A stretch of 64,000 nt of DNA from a plasmid: the sequence record NZ_CP104305.1; one strand, 5' to 3'. The notes under the pieces were generated by a model, which ran no database searches, had not been told where the DNA came from, and worked only from the letters and a program-made list of their open reading frames with translations. Positions 1 through 10,205 of the stretch are shown here, piece after piece. Each line of letters begins with the position of its first letter. Position 1 is the first letter of the stretch. Position numbers and translations under genes: made by a program.

Positions 1-214
1 CGACGCCAACGGTCAAGCCCGGCGACCACCTCGTTGCGCTGACCGCACGCAGCAGTGACAACGCCGTGGCAACTGACCTGTAACATCAACTGCCCAGTCG
101 ACTCGCTTTTCACCCATCCTTTGAAGTTTAGCCATTCACCGTTGAAGCACACCTCAAAGACTAAGCACCAAAAATAAACATCTCTGTACCAAAGTTGAAA
201 GGAGTTCCACTCTC

Positions 215-1069
215 ATGCTCGGAGCAATCGAAGCTGGCGGCACAAAGTTTGTGTGTGCCATCTCAGAAAACGGTATCGACATCATCGACCAGAAAACTTT
301 TCCGACGACAACGCCAGACGAGACCATCGCCCAAGTGATCGGTTATTTCAAGGCGCACCCCGCCGACAGGATCGGCCTTGCCTCATTTGGCCCAATTGAC
401 GTCAACGGTAAGTCGGATCAATACGGTTACATTACCAAGACCCCTAAAGCCGGATGGCAGTTTTTTGACATTCTCGGTACCTTACAGAAACATTTTCCTG
501 ACACCAAGTTTGCCTTCACCACCGATGTCAATGCCGCAGCATATGGCGAACTCAAGGCCGGCGCCGGCAAAGGCTTGAATGACCTCGTCTACTGGACTGT
601 TGGCACTGGTGTCGGTGCTGGCATCGTGCAAAACGGTCAGCTGCTGCAGGGCTACAGCCATCCTGAGGCGGGACACATCATCCTGCGCCGCCACCCAGAC
701 GACACATTTGCTGGTAATTGCCCGTTTCACGGCGACTGTCTGGAAGGTATGACCAGTGGACCGGCGCTCCAGAAACACTGGGGCAAACCCGCCAAGGATC
801 TGCCAGCCGATCATCCGGCTTGGGATTTCGAGGCTTACTATCTTGCCCAAGCATGTGTCGACCTGACCCTGACTGTTGCCCCGGAGAAGATTGTCTTCGG
901 TGGCGGCGTCATGCACCAGCAACAACTTTTCCCTAAAATCCGTGATCAGTTTAACCGGTTGTTGAACGATTATGTGACCGTCCCGCCGCTTGACAGCTAC
1001 ATCGTCCCGATCGATCTGGCGGATAATGCCGGTGCGATTGGCGCCTTCCTGCTTGCCCAAAGCGCCTGA
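215..1069 (+). CDS. ROK-family fructokinase/glucokinase
   Basis: N-terminal MLGAIEAGGTKFVCAI ATP-binding motif and CxxHGxxGCLE zinc motif typical of ROK sugar kinases; RBS aaaggag upstream. Confidence 0.8.
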   Translation: MLGAIEAGGTKFVCAISENGIDIIDQKTFPTTTPDETIAQVIGYFKAHPADRIGLASFGPIDVNGKSDQYGYITKTPKAGWQFFDILGTLQKHFPDTKFAFTTDVNAAAYGELKAGAGKGLNDLVYWTVGTGVGAGIVQNGQLLQGYSHPEAGHIILRRHPDDTFAGNCPFHGDCLEGMTSGPALQKHWGKPAKDLPADHPAWDFEAYYLAQACVDLTLTVAPEKIVFGGGVMHQQQLFPKIRDQFNRLLNDYVTVPPLDSYIVPIDLADNAGAIGAFLLAQSA

Positions 1070-1345
1070 CCAACACAAAAGGAATCGCCTTAACGGTGCA
1101 ACGATCAAAGTTTGCTCAGATACAGTGGTCGCCTATACGCTGGTCTTACTAGCGAATTACCAAAGTCTTTGATGTCCGCAGATTGCCAAACGGACAAACT
1201 GATTTTAGGCGGCTCAAATATTACTTTTAAAACGTTGCCATAGTGGATTCGAAATTCGCATGATATAATAAAGACGTACAAAGAGCCTGGTGCGGGAACA
1301 CCAAGCTCTCTGGAATGCTATTTAACAGCAGCTCATTTAAAGCTA

Positions 1346-1394
1346 AAAATAGCCGTCAACTCGCTAGCTGTGCAGGACGGCTATTTTGTGTTAT
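1346..1394 (+). terminator. rho-independent terminator after fructokinase
   Basis: hairpin aaaatagccgtc...gacggctatttt followed by T-rich tract. Confidence 0.5.
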
Positions 1395-1532
1395 TCCTGT
1401 CAATTAGCACAATGCTGCTCCTTCCTTCGGGATTGTGAGGTACTACAGTTCTAAAACCATAGCAATCACCCTCTTTCAGATGGTGTAGCTGCCGGCGCGT
1501 AGCATTCTGAATTTATTGTAACATGTGCTTAA

Positions 1533-1958
1533 TTGACGTTATTAACACTTTTTAAAATACTAATTGTTATTATTCGATTTTTCTCGAATACTTGTAAAAG
1601 TTTAAAACGCACGAAGAGAATCAGACGCAACCCTTCAAATAAAATGAAATCAGGGGTAAGCTATTTGGCTATTTTTCGATTTATTGCTAAAACATTGTTG
1701 AGTATAATAGGCTATATATTAATTTTCTTAGGCTACTTTATTGGTCTTGTTGCAAAACTAGGAGGCATTCTTCTATATGTGCTGGCTACCTTATTTCTAA
1801 TAGCGGCATTAATCTTTACTTTTTCAAATGATTTTACAACACCAAATAAATTGATGATCTGGGCAGCAGCTTTTGCATTTAGCCTACTTTCTATGTTTAT
1901 TAGTGTATTGCCGGGTCTAATGACGGGATTTGGAAGCTATTTGGTGGAACTGCTTTAA
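1533..1958 (+). CDS. small hydrophobic membrane protein (hypothetical), in AT-rich patch
   Basis: ORF with 3-4 predicted TM helices; local GC much lower than flanks; true start may be an internal Met. Confidence 0.3.
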   Translation: MTLLTLFKILIVIIRFFSNTCKSLKRTKRIRRNPSNKMKSGVSYLAIFRFIAKTLLSIIGYILIFLGYFIGLVAKLGGILLYVLATLFLIAALIFTFSNDFTTPNKLMIWAAAFAFSLLSMFISVLPGLMTGFGSYLVELL

Positions 1959-1976
1959 GAGGAACGACTTGAGAAT

Positions 1977-2874
1977 CTAGCGTATTGAGCCAGAAACATA
2001 ATCAATGGCAACTTCACTTTGACTGTTAAACACCCAGACATTGTAATGAAACTGATCAGGATTATTAATGGATTGAACCAGCACGTGCGTACCGCGAGCT
2101 ACCAATTCAGAGCCAACGTACACTGGAATCACTTGATAAGCAACAGCATCGTCTTGATGCGCTGCTAAGTAGTTCCTCGTTAAGGTTTCCGTGTAGGCCA
2201 TGCCACCAGGAGTCTTTTGATTATTAGTGCCAACATTCTGTGCCCGTGTACCTAAGATCACGTTGTGAGTCTGCATATCGCCACCTAGCGACCACGCTAA
2301 AAGGTGGCTTTTATTATACAGATAACCACGGTAGCCATTGAGCTGCACAATCCGATTATTGCTCTGCTTACCAAACCACATTTGCAGATTCTTATTATAG
2401 ACACCATCAGCGTATTCGCCTGAAACTTTAGTCGTTTTTGGGAAAGAGGGACGTTTACGTACAGCGCTTGAATGGCTGTGCATCATACCATAGATCACAA
2501 TCGCACTCACTGATTGGGTTCTGCCAAGATCGTCAAGACCCGCAAAGTAAGTTTGCGCGCGTGTGGTTTTAGCCTTTTGTGCAGCCGTCACAGTTTGCTT
2601 AAAGTCATTCTCAAAGACGGGCACATTGTTGTTGATGATCGCATAGTTTTCTGGGTACTTGCTAACATCAAAAGGTAGCAGAGCTAAATCGTCTTGAGAT
2701 TGAACACTTGCCGTTGGCTTTGATTCGGAGACGGTTGAGGACGATTGGGTCGATGAGAGACTTGAAGGTGACTGTGACTGTGAAGACGAATAACCGCTTG
2801 ATGAGCAGCCATAAAGACCAACCGCAACCAGAACACTAAACACTAAAAGCAACTTCCTGCTAAATTTCATATTG
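1977..2874 (-). CDS. secreted DNA/RNA non-specific endonuclease-like lipoprotein
   Basis: start MKFSRKLLLVFSVLVAVGLYGC gives signal peptide plus lipobox; Ser-rich linker; C-terminal region with N(K/R)(S/G)HLLAWSLGGD resembling the DRGHLxAxxLGG core of Endonuclease_NS_2 family; RBS aaaggag. Confidence 0.5.
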
Positions 2875-2893
2875 AACTCCTTTCTGATTAATA

Positions 2894-3190
2894 GAGGTGG
2901 CCTTGCTGAGCAAATAACGCTCAGTAAGGCTTTTTGTTTGCGTAGGGCGGCGCACCCTCGGCCGACGCGCTCGCCCGGCAACGTCTTGTCGTTTCAGGGT
3001 AGGAAACTGGCAAGGATTCTAAACGCTGTTCAGCGGCTTTGACAGTCGTTGTGCGCTTCATTGTGTGAATGACTCCTTAACAGCATAAGGCTTGTGCCCG
3101 TTCCGGTCACCCGTGACAAGTCCCGGAGAGCTTTCTACCAGCGGTTTTTGCCTTGCTTTGATTCCTCATTCAACCAGCAACAAAGCCGCT
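2894..3190. repeat. GC-rich structured intergenic element, copy A (divergent region between nuclease gene and 3380 gene)
   Basis: about 65-70% identical over ~300 bp to 59008-59273 plus 60896-60953; contains hairpin ggccttgctgagc/gctcagtaaggc plus T-run and motif GGCAACGTCTTGTCGTTTCAG. Confidence 0.5.
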
Positions 3191-3379
3191 AAGGAACAAG
3201 TTCCTAAGCGGCTCTAGCAGAGAATACAAGGGCCGGACAAAATTTTGTTCCGCAAAGATCGCTACACAAATTTTTGTCACTTTCGCTGCGCTCACCCGTT
3301 GTCTTTTCTGCTGTGGCTGGTGTGCCTGTTCCATCAAAGGCGGCATCAAAAAACCGCCGGTAGAAAGGGAGTTTTTGAA

Positions 3380-3952
3380 ATGGGAGAACGAACACAAATG
3401 TTAGTCACGATTAATCATGACGGCAAGCAACTGCTAAGCCGGTCAATTCATTATCAGTGGGGTTTTGGACGGGTTATGTTACTGGACGCGTTTTCCATTG
3501 GCTGGAAGTTTTCGCTAATGTTTGAGGGTGAAATAGCAACCTATATGCCGATTGCACTTTCTAACATTGTTATGGCAACAAGTACAGGAGTCAGCAACAT
3601 AGATTACAAATTTAGTGATACGGACGTGACCCCGTATCACGAGACTTTCCAAAATATGCTCGATTATTCAGACCAAAATGACGGTTTTGCAAGACTTACT
3701 ATCAATTACTTGAGTGACAAGTTAAAAGCGACCGTGGAATTGCGTTTATACGATTTCAACGGGAAACACGTCACCTTGGAAGATTACGTTAAAAAGGGTC
3801 ACGGCGGCGAATATGCCGACAAAGCCTTTCTGAAACATTACCGGTGGGCGCTTGATAACATTGAGATTGCGTTAATCGAACCGAAAAGACGCCAACAAAA
3901 ACAAGCTGAGAAGTTTTTGAAAGACCACATTGATATTCGGGTTATCAAATAG
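3380..3952 (+). CDS. hypothetical protein
   Basis: ORF starting MGERTQ with RBS aaagggag; no recognisable motif. Confidence 0.4.
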   Translation: MGERTQMLVTINHDGKQLLSRSIHYQWGFGRVMLLDAFSIGWKFSLMFEGEIATYMPIALSNIVMATSTGVSNIDYKFSDTDVTPYHETFQNMLDYSDQNDGFARLTINYLSDKLKATVELRLYDFNGKHVTLEDYVKKGHGGEYADKAFLKHYRWALDNIEIALIEPKRRQQKQAEKFLKDHIDIRVIK

Positions 3953-3965
3953 GAGGGTGCTAAAC

Positions 3966-4415
3966 ATGGAAAAGGGAACAGCGTATCAAGTTAGCGTAGA
4001 TGAAATTCTCTATGAACCGCACTTTATCATCATTTACGCAGGAGAAAATGCAAGCGATAAAGCATTGCAGAAAATGACAATAGATTTCATTTTGAAAAAA
4101 GACCCTACGGTTTCTAAGGCAGATTTCGCAGATGGTGTGGTGGTTGAACCAGCCGGCCTAGATGAAGAACCGGACGTAGTGGCCGAAGGCTATCATTTTC
4201 CAAAAACTGACTGGTGCGTCAAACTTGGCTTACTATACGCACAAGCAGTTCATCACGCTACCTACCATTGTGATGAGTTTGACGAAGTAGCCTACGTTCG
4301 AGATGAGACGCAGGCAAAACGATTTAAGACCGAGACAGAAGCAAAAGCATTCGCACAATGGCTCAACCCAGCGTGTGAAGTCGTCAAATTGCAGGCAGGT
4401 GACGACCATGATTGA
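3966..4415 (+). CDS. hypothetical protein (truncated paralogue at 60994-61056)
   Basis: RBS ggaggg; N-terminus MEKGTAYQVSVDEILYEPHF matches MYQVNIDEIEYQPHF fragment abutting IS30 copy 2. Confidence 0.4.
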   Translation: MEKGTAYQVSVDEILYEPHFIIIYAGENASDKALQKMTIDFILKKDPTVSKADFADGVVVEPAGLDEEPDVVAEGYHFPKTDWCVKLGLLYAQAVHHATYHCDEFDEVAYVRDETQAKRFKTETEAKAFAQWLNPACEVVKLQAGDDHD

Positions 4416-4563
4416 CATTGACCAAAAACAAGCACAAGCGGCATTGAGCGAAATCATTGAGGCACTAGACGGGGATACCTTTAATCACCTGCGTTACGCC
4501 TTAGAAGCCGTTGACGCCTATATTCGACAAGGAAAAGAAACCAAAGGAGGTCACCAATCGTGA
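4408..4563 (+). CDS. small hypothetical protein
   Basis: ATG overlaps preceding stop (coupling). Confidence 0.25.
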   Translation: MIDIDQKQAQAALSEIIEALDGDTFNHLRYALEAVDAYIRQGKETKGGHQS

Positions 4564-4700
4564 AAACGACCTACGATGAAATTGTGAAACAGCCATGTGA
4601 TAAACTCGCTCAGACCATGCAAGATATGACCTACTGCTACAACGAGACCGTGGTTCCAAAGAAACACTACAAGAAATTGCTGACAAAATAGCTTGAGGAA

Positions 4701-4949
4701 GTGGTGGCCGACAGCGTGACCGTGAATATGGTCAATGCCTACTACAAAACGCTTGCGGAATTTAACAAAGGCAATCGTGAATGGTTCGTACTTGCCGTTT
4801 TGTGTATTGAATTAAACATTAAGCCCGACAAGGCAAGCGCACAAGAACTATCAACCTTGCAGACGATTGCGGCTAACATCAACGCTAAGCAAGCACCATT
4901 ACTCAATCCCGATATTAAAAATGCGTTTGAGGGTGCTATCAAAGCCTAA
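4701..4949 (+). CDS. hypothetical protein
   Basis: ORF followed by strong terminator. Confidence 0.3.
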   Translation: MVADSVTVNMVNAYYKTLAEFNKGNREWFVLAVLCIELNIKPDKASAQELSTLQTIAANINAKQAPLLNPDIKNAFEGAIKA

Positions 4950-4954
4950 AGCGG

Positions 4955-4988
4955 AAAGCATCATCTAGTCAGATGATGCTTTTTCTGT
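4955..4988 (+). terminator. rho-independent terminator
   Basis: aagcatcatct-agtc-agatgatgctt hairpin plus TTTTTCT. Confidence 0.55.
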
Positions 4989-5354
4989 TATAATGTAGAC
5001 ACAAACAGGGAGCGCCCACGCAAGAGCGCTCCCCTAGCAGAGCCGTTAAAGACGGCTGGCATTCAAACTAACAACCTTAAAGACCGCTAACCCTATGCCA
5101 AGAGTTTAATGACGGTCTTTTTTGTTGTCTTGCATTGCCTTTACAAGGTTCACAATGGTGTTCACAAGTGACAGTACGAAACTGCCAAATGCTAACATCA
5201 GCGTGATTACCTCAGCAACGGACAAACAGGCACCCCCTTTCACTTAGATTTTGGACGTCTTTCATAGGCGACCACCTCTTTGTGATTGGATTTGCCAACC
5301 GTCATTAACTTTTCTGCTATGAATAGCATACCACAAAAGCAGCTGTGCGCCTAG

Positions 5355-5381
5355 AGCCATAAGGAGTATGGCTGTTTTTTT
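5355..5381 (+). terminator. hairpin plus T7 run
   Basis: agccataaggagtatggct followed by ttttttt. Confidence 0.35.
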
Positions 5382-5387
5382 GCTGGC

Positions 5388-5580
5388 GGGGCTGCGGGCT
5401 TTTTGGTTCAACGATTTTCGGCCAAGGCCGAGGAGCGTGGGGCGCCTGCCCCGCCCACGCGCTCCAGGCAACGTCCTACGTCGTCTCACACAAATATTCA
5501 CGACTTTGTTAGGTAACGGGTGAGGAAACCCACCTCACCTCGTTACGTCGTAGCGAGGACGCCAAAAAGCCCGCAGTCCC
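5388..5580. other. highly structured ~190 bp element closed by 18-bp long-range inverted repeat, downstream of primase-like gene
   Basis: GGGCTGCGGGCTTTTTGG (5388-5406) pairs with CCAAAAAGCCCGCAGTCCC (5562-5580); nested stems inside (cgtcctacgtcgt/acgacgta-ggacg; gtaacgggtgagg/cctcacc-cgttac); shares GGCAACGTC-YTRYGTCGTYTCA motif with 2960-3010 and 59080-59130. Confidence 0.4.
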
Positions 5581-5592
5581 GGTAATAGAATA

Positions 5593-6963
5593 CTAACGCT
5601 CCAGCGCTTGGTCATGTTGCCGTGGTTCAATATCGCGTTCTGTGGTGGCTACTTTCTGTTCTAACGTCAGAACCTTTCTTTTGACACGGTCATGAATTTG
5701 TAGTCGGTCATTCCAGTCCTTCGGAACATCATTGACGACTTGAAAGTCACCCCTTTGGTATCGCTGTGCCACTTCTCCAATTCGAGTGACTAGGTTGTTG
5801 CGATCCACGGTCGCTAAATCAGGCGCCTGCTGCTTAAAAAACGCTTGCCAATCAACGCCATTTGCTTGTAGATAGGGCTTTATCTGGTTGGCAACGTTAG
5901 GTAAGGCTTCCAGCGACCCCTTGATAAGGGCGTCTTGATAATGATACCCATTTGCCATGCCTTGACCAGGCTGTAAGTTGACGACAACCTTTGCATAGGC
6001 CATCAAAGCGACGGTAGGAATGGCTGCCTGCTTTGCGGCACTGACAACGGGTGCGAGGCACTCGTGCGGGATTGCTTGGTCGGCTGGAATAAGACTCGTA
6101 TACGGCACACTTGCTAAAGCGTGTTCTGAACGCATCTGGTCATAGAAAACATGACCACTGGCGTCATTATCAACACCAAAAGCAATCTCTGATGGCGCAT
6201 GGCCGTTTTTTTCGCAAAAATAAATCAGCCCTTGTTTGACCGTATTCGGTTTCAAACCGTCCATTGACATCAGCGTGACGTCATTCAAGCCACGGTGTAG
6301 TGACCAGTAACTCAAAGCGTCAATCGGCGCTTCAAACATGAGAAGCCGTTCAGGCTTGCCTAATGACAAGTTAAAGCCAAAGTTTTCCTGTGAGTTTTTG
6401 GCAATCTGCTTAAACGTTCCGCGTTTCCCCAAGTGCTCGTGGTCAATTTTTGTGCCTTGTACAGTTGCCCCAACGATTTTATCTTTATTTGACCAGACAA
6501 AGATGGCATTACCATGCTCGTCTTGTTGAATAAACCCTTTGCGATGCAATAAGTCCACAATTTGTGGATCAAGTTTCCGAACTGTCGTTAGATACTTAGC
6601 GGCTTGAGAAAAGTCAGGACTGTTCTTAAAACCGTATTGAAACGGTTCACGTACCTTGTGTGTGATCGTGTCAGCTTTTTCTAAGTCGGTATGATTGAGA
6701 TAAGCGACTGCTTCTCGGAAACTACTGATGCCTAAATAGTGCTGCACAAAATTCAAAGCGCCGCCGCCAACATCGCGGCTATTCCAACGAAAGAGATTCT
6801 TTTTGTCATTAATGACAAGCGAGTCATGCTCGACACCACGCCAATAGCCATTAGACTGATGCACCAACGCAATACCATTCGCTTCTGCAATCGCCACAAT
6901 CGAGACGTGGTTCGCTTGGTCAATCGTTGCCTTGCTAAGTCGTTTTTGCTTGTTTGAGACCAT
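5593..6963 (-). CDS. DUF3991/Toprim-domain primase-like protein of conjugative elements
   Basis: N-terminal domain plus Toprim-like acidic motifs (EAPIDALS, GVDNDASG); located next to relaxase as is typical. Confidence 0.65.
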   Translation of the reverse strand: MVSNKQKRLSKATIDQANHVSIVAIAEANGIALVHQSNGYWRGVEHDSLVINDKKNLFRWNSRDVGGGALNFVQHYLGISSFREAVAYLNHTDLEKADTITHKVREPFQYGFKNSPDFSQAAKYLTTVRKLDPQIVDLLHRKGFIQQDEHGNAIFVWSNKDKIVGATVQGTKIDHEHLGKRGTFKQIAKNSQENFGFNLSLGKPERLLMFEAPIDALSYWSLHRGLNDVTLMSMDGLKPNTVKQGLIYFCEKNGHAPSEIAFGVDNDASGHVFYDQMRSEHALASVPYTSLIPADQAIPHECLAPVVSAAKQAAIPTVALMAYAKVVVNLQPGQGMANGYHYQDALIKGSLEALPNVANQIKPYLQANGVDWQAFFKQQAPDLATVDRNNLVTRIGEVAQRYQRGDFQVVNDVPKDWNDRLQIHDRVKRKVLTLEQKVATTERDIEPRQHDQALER

Positions 6964-7007
6964 CTTGGTTGACTCCTTTCTGCATCAAAAAAGGACGCTG
7001 ACGCGTC

Positions 7008-9218
7008 CTATCGTTCAATATCATGCTCATGTTGTTGCTGCTCGCGTTCTTCCTGGGTTTGGTCGGCCTGTAATTCGTCTACTAAATTCGCTATATCTTC
7101 CCATTTGTTGACCATGGTGGTTTGCTGCTTAAAGCTCTGTTCTAATGACCGGAGGGTTTGTTCTTGTTCCTTAATGACACCCCTCAGTTCTTCGTTGGTC
7201 AGCATCGGGTTAAACTCGCGATTTTCAAGATTTAACACGGCGGTTTCATACAACTGAATTTCATCGTGATATTTTTTAGTTAAACGTTGTTCTTCTTTTT
7301 CTGGCGCCTCACTCAGTTTGTCAATAATCGGTTGATACTGATTGCGGGTAAAGACAAACTTTGCCAAGTTGTTGTAATCGGTAATTTTAGTATGCAGTGC
7401 TTCAATCTTGCTCTGCACCTCGACTAATTGTGCTTTCACTGCCGTTAGTTGCCGACCCAACGAGGGACGGTCAGTAATATGATTTGCACGCAGCTCGCTA
7501 AGGGTGGTCGATAGACGGCTAACTCCCGCTCGCTGTGCTTGCATATATTGACGTTGCCGGTTGGCAATCAACCACCGACCAAGCATCGGCTGCTCGGTTT
7601 TTAAGACGGGCTTTAATGCCTCGCCCGTTAAGCTAATCGACTTAGGTTCCGGGTCATCAATCGTAGCGACCGGAGCCGCGTTGTAGTGCCAATGATTGCC
7701 AAGTTGAACCGTATATTGTTGATGCAGGCGGTCATAACTCACAGCGTCATTAGGTATGAAAACACGCTCATAACCGGCATCAGGTAGCGTGATGGTTAGC
7801 CCCTTATCGGAGTGACCCAGGACGGCTTGAGGCGGGACTTTCACCAATTCAGGATTCAAGCCCTGGTCAAGATCAATCGCGTGTATGAGGGCTTCTCCAC
7901 GAATAGAAACAGCACGTGGCCGCTCGCCGGATTGATCCGTGAGCGTGTAGTAGTAGTTAGCTTGTAAAGCGACTTGTAAATGGTCAGGTTTCCCGCGCAA
8001 TTCATAGCGATTCAAGTGGACGGTTAATTGTCCTTCACCAGGCACTTCTAACTGAACTAAAGCACCCTTTTTATCAACGCTCAGCACCTGGTCTTCGGAC
8101 AAGTCCATGAGTGTTTCTGTGTTGGTCATTTTCGACTTAGTTTGTGCTTGATACTCGGCCAAAATATCAGGCGCAGGTTGCGTCTCTTTCAGCGCACTTG
8201 GGTCATGCCAATGCTCGCTCATAAAAGCTATTTGGTAGCCAGGCGGTAATAAACCGGCAGGCACTTTAGTGCCATCATGAAACGTAAATTGATAGCTGCC
8301 ATTTCGTTGTCGTTTGAGGGTGACATCATGCTCTTGTCGGAGCAAAAAAGTCAGGTCATCAAGACTGTCACACATTTCGTAAACGTCATTAATCAAGGGA
8401 ATCAGTCGCTTCTGATTTTGAGCGTTTTCAGCCGTGGTTTGCTTGATACCTTCCGTAGTAAATGAACCGGTGTCCGACAAACTTTTATCACGAATATTGC
8501 GCTGCTGTTCAGGCAGTCGATAACCTCGGTTTTGACCCCGCTGACTGGTCGTGATTTCCATCTGCTCACATAGCTGTTCAAACATCGCTGGTGACGTTGC
8601 TCGTGATGCAATAAATCGAAGCCGGCGGCGCAACTCAGCACGAAATGATTGATGCCTGTCTCGCTCATGAACAAAGCCATTTTTGTCGAGTTGTTCATCG
8701 CGTTTTAAGGACACGGATAAACCATGTTCAGCCGTCAGTCGATTACTAATTTCTTTGATACGATTTGCCGTGATGTAAGGCTGACTTCGGAACTTCTTGA
8801 GGGTCGTTAAAGAGTACGCATTAAAGACGATATGGTTGTGAATATGATGCTTGTCAACGTGGGTTGCAATGACAAACTCAAAGTCGTTGCCAAGCAGCTC
8901 GCGCATGAGCTGTAAACCAATCTCGTGAGCTTCCTCTGGGGTGACATGATCGTCGGGTGAGAAGGACTGAATCAGATGGTAACTTTTAGCTGCTTGTTGC
9001 ACTCGTTGACCCTCAACTTGACGACCACCAACACGCTCGTAGTTGCCGTTGTATTCGTGCGACATTCGAGCTGTCATTTCAAACTCCAAAGCAGCAAACG
9101 GAGCGTCACAATGAACGGCTTCTACCAACCTGCCATCACGAGTTTTGAGTGGGTCGCTAATGTACTTAATTGCGTCCCGTGTTGAACGATTAATCGCGTG
9201 TATTTTCGTGACTGCCAT
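7008..9218 (-). CDS. MOBP-type relaxase (Relaxase/mobilisation nuclease domain) with long coiled-coil C-terminus
   Basis: N-terminus MAVTKIHAI..IKYISDP and histidine triad HVDKHHIHNHIVFN characteristic of PF03432 relaxases. Confidence 0.85.
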   Translation of the reverse strand: MAVTKIHAINRSTRDAIKYISDPLKTRDGRLVEAVHCDAPFAALEFEMTARMSHEYNGNYERVGGRQVEGQRVQQAAKSYHLIQSFSPDDHVTPEEAHEIGLQLMRELLGNDFEFVIATHVDKHHIHNHIVFNAYSLTTLKKFRSQPYITANRIKEISNRLTAEHGLSVSLKRDEQLDKNGFVHERDRHQSFRAELRRRLRFIASRATSPAMFEQLCEQMEITTSQRGQNRGYRLPEQQRNIRDKSLSDTGSFTTEGIKQTTAENAQNQKRLIPLINDVYEMCDSLDDLTFLLRQEHDVTLKRQRNGSYQFTFHDGTKVPAGLLPPGYQIAFMSEHWHDPSALKETQPAPDILAEYQAQTKSKMTNTETLMDLSEDQVLSVDKKGALVQLEVPGEGQLTVHLNRYELRGKPDHLQVALQANYYYTLTDQSGERPRAVSIRGEALIHAIDLDQGLNPELVKVPPQAVLGHSDKGLTITLPDAGYERVFIPNDAVSYDRLHQQYTVQLGNHWHYNAAPVATIDDPEPKSISLTGEALKPVLKTEQPMLGRWLIANRQRQYMQAQRAGVSRLSTTLSELRANHITDRPSLGRQLTAVKAQLVEVQSKIEALHTKITDYNNLAKFVFTRNQYQPIIDKLSEAPEKEEQRLTKKYHDEIQLYETAVLNLENREFNPMLTNEELRGVIKEQEQTLRSLEQSFKQQTTMVNKWEDIANLVDELQADQTQEEREQQQHEHDIER

Positions 9219-9603
9219 TTAAGACCACCCGCTCATAGTGTTCGACAACATCAAGGCGATGCAGCAAGTTATCATTCACGAGAGAAAACAAGTCGTAGAC
9301 TTCATTTTTGACCTCGGCCATATCCTCCGCTGTCACCTTCTCAGTTTCATTTGCACGATGAGCAATTTGATTTAAGTTATTGCCGATTCTCGACAATTCA
9401 TTAAGCATCTTTTTGGTGTTGACGAACTCAATGTGAACCAGCTTGCTGGTCATTAAAGAACTACGTGCAAAAGTTGTAAACGGAGGGTTACCTGACTTCG
9501 CAATTCTTAAGTTTAGAAAGTCCAATTCGTCTCGATTGAACGTCAACAGTTTGGTCAGTGGCCGCGACCGGTTACCAGCATAGTTTCCCATTTTTTGTTT
9601 CAC
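9190..9603 (-). CDS. mobC: MobC-like relaxosome accessory protein
   Basis: MobC signature ...LNELSRIGNNLNQIAHRAN; immediately upstream of and overlapping relaxase. Confidence 0.7.
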   Translation of the reverse strand: MKQKMGNYAGNRSRPLTKLLTFNRDELDFLNLRIAKSGNPPFTTFARSSLMTSKLVHIEFVNTKKMLNELSRIGNNLNQIAHRANETEKVTAEDMAEVKNEVYDLFSLVNDNLLHRLDVVEHYERVVLNGSHENTRD

Positions 9604-9699
9604 TCCTTAGGTGTTATATTAAGGGGTCTCGATTTTGAAATTGAGTCCCTTAACAAAAACAAAATCAGTAAATTCCTGATTCTGCTTTTTGGACGATTT

Positions 9700-9841
9700 T
9701 CTACTGTCGCGAGATTTGCAAGTGTATATACACTTGCGAGAAATTGACCGAATCTCAGCTACGCTGATCGTCAATTTTGTTTGGGGGCACGCCCCCAATC
9801 CCCCTGTTATTTTGAAGGGGGCTGAGTCGCCCCTTCAAAAT
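9700..9841. promoter_or_regulatory. candidate oriT / mob promoter region
   Basis: perfect 20-bp palindrome gcaagtgtatatacacttgc (9718-9737), GGGGGCACGCCCCC hairpin (9783-9796) and ttgaagggg/ccccttcaa inverted repeat (9811-9841) directly upstream of mobC-relaxase. Confidence 0.45.
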
Positions 9842-10116
9842 CAAAACTCAAACCCTTCTAAGCCCTCATTCTTATCGAGCCATTGACGATATTCTTCGAC
9901 CGTTAGGTCGCTCAACTTTCGGATCGTTTCGTCATAACATTCGAGCGTAAATTCTCGCTCAATGGGGTCTTCCATTCCTGGTTTTTCGCCGGCAATATCC
10001 TGTCGAGTTTCCTTCACCTCGGCGAGGATTGCTTGAGGGGTATCTTCGCTCACAGATTTGCGGTGAAGCAAGATAATGCCGCGGTCAAATTCGTTCATTT
10101 CATCAAGTGTTGTCAT
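9841..10116 (-). CDS. small highly acidic hypothetical protein (first gene of presumed leading region)
   Basis: 91 aa, Asp/Glu-rich; between oriT-like region and ardC-like gene. Confidence 0.4.
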   Translation of the reverse strand: MTTLDEMNEFDRGIILLHRKSVSEDTPQAILAEVKETRQDIAGEKPGMEDPIEREFTLECYDETIRKLSDLTVEEYRQWLDKNEGLEGFEF

Positions 10117-10205
10117 AGGGTTTTAATTCCTTTCTTCGGTGAGTAAGGGCTGGAGATTTGCAAGGTCTTGATTGTCCTCTTTGCCAAGGACTTCAAGCAG
10201 TTTTT

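Noticed and set aside
378-1172. Several ORFs overlapping or antisense to the fructokinase gene (378-578, 482-1108, 718-936, 990-1172)
   Set aside because: They lie within a well-supported CDS, have no RBS, and GC-rich antisense frames commonly stay open. Spurious.
5388-5580. Retron msr/msd ncRNA hypothesis for the long-range inverted-repeat element
   Set aside because: No reverse transcriptase gene adjacent. The neighbouring gene is a Toprim/DUF3991 protein.
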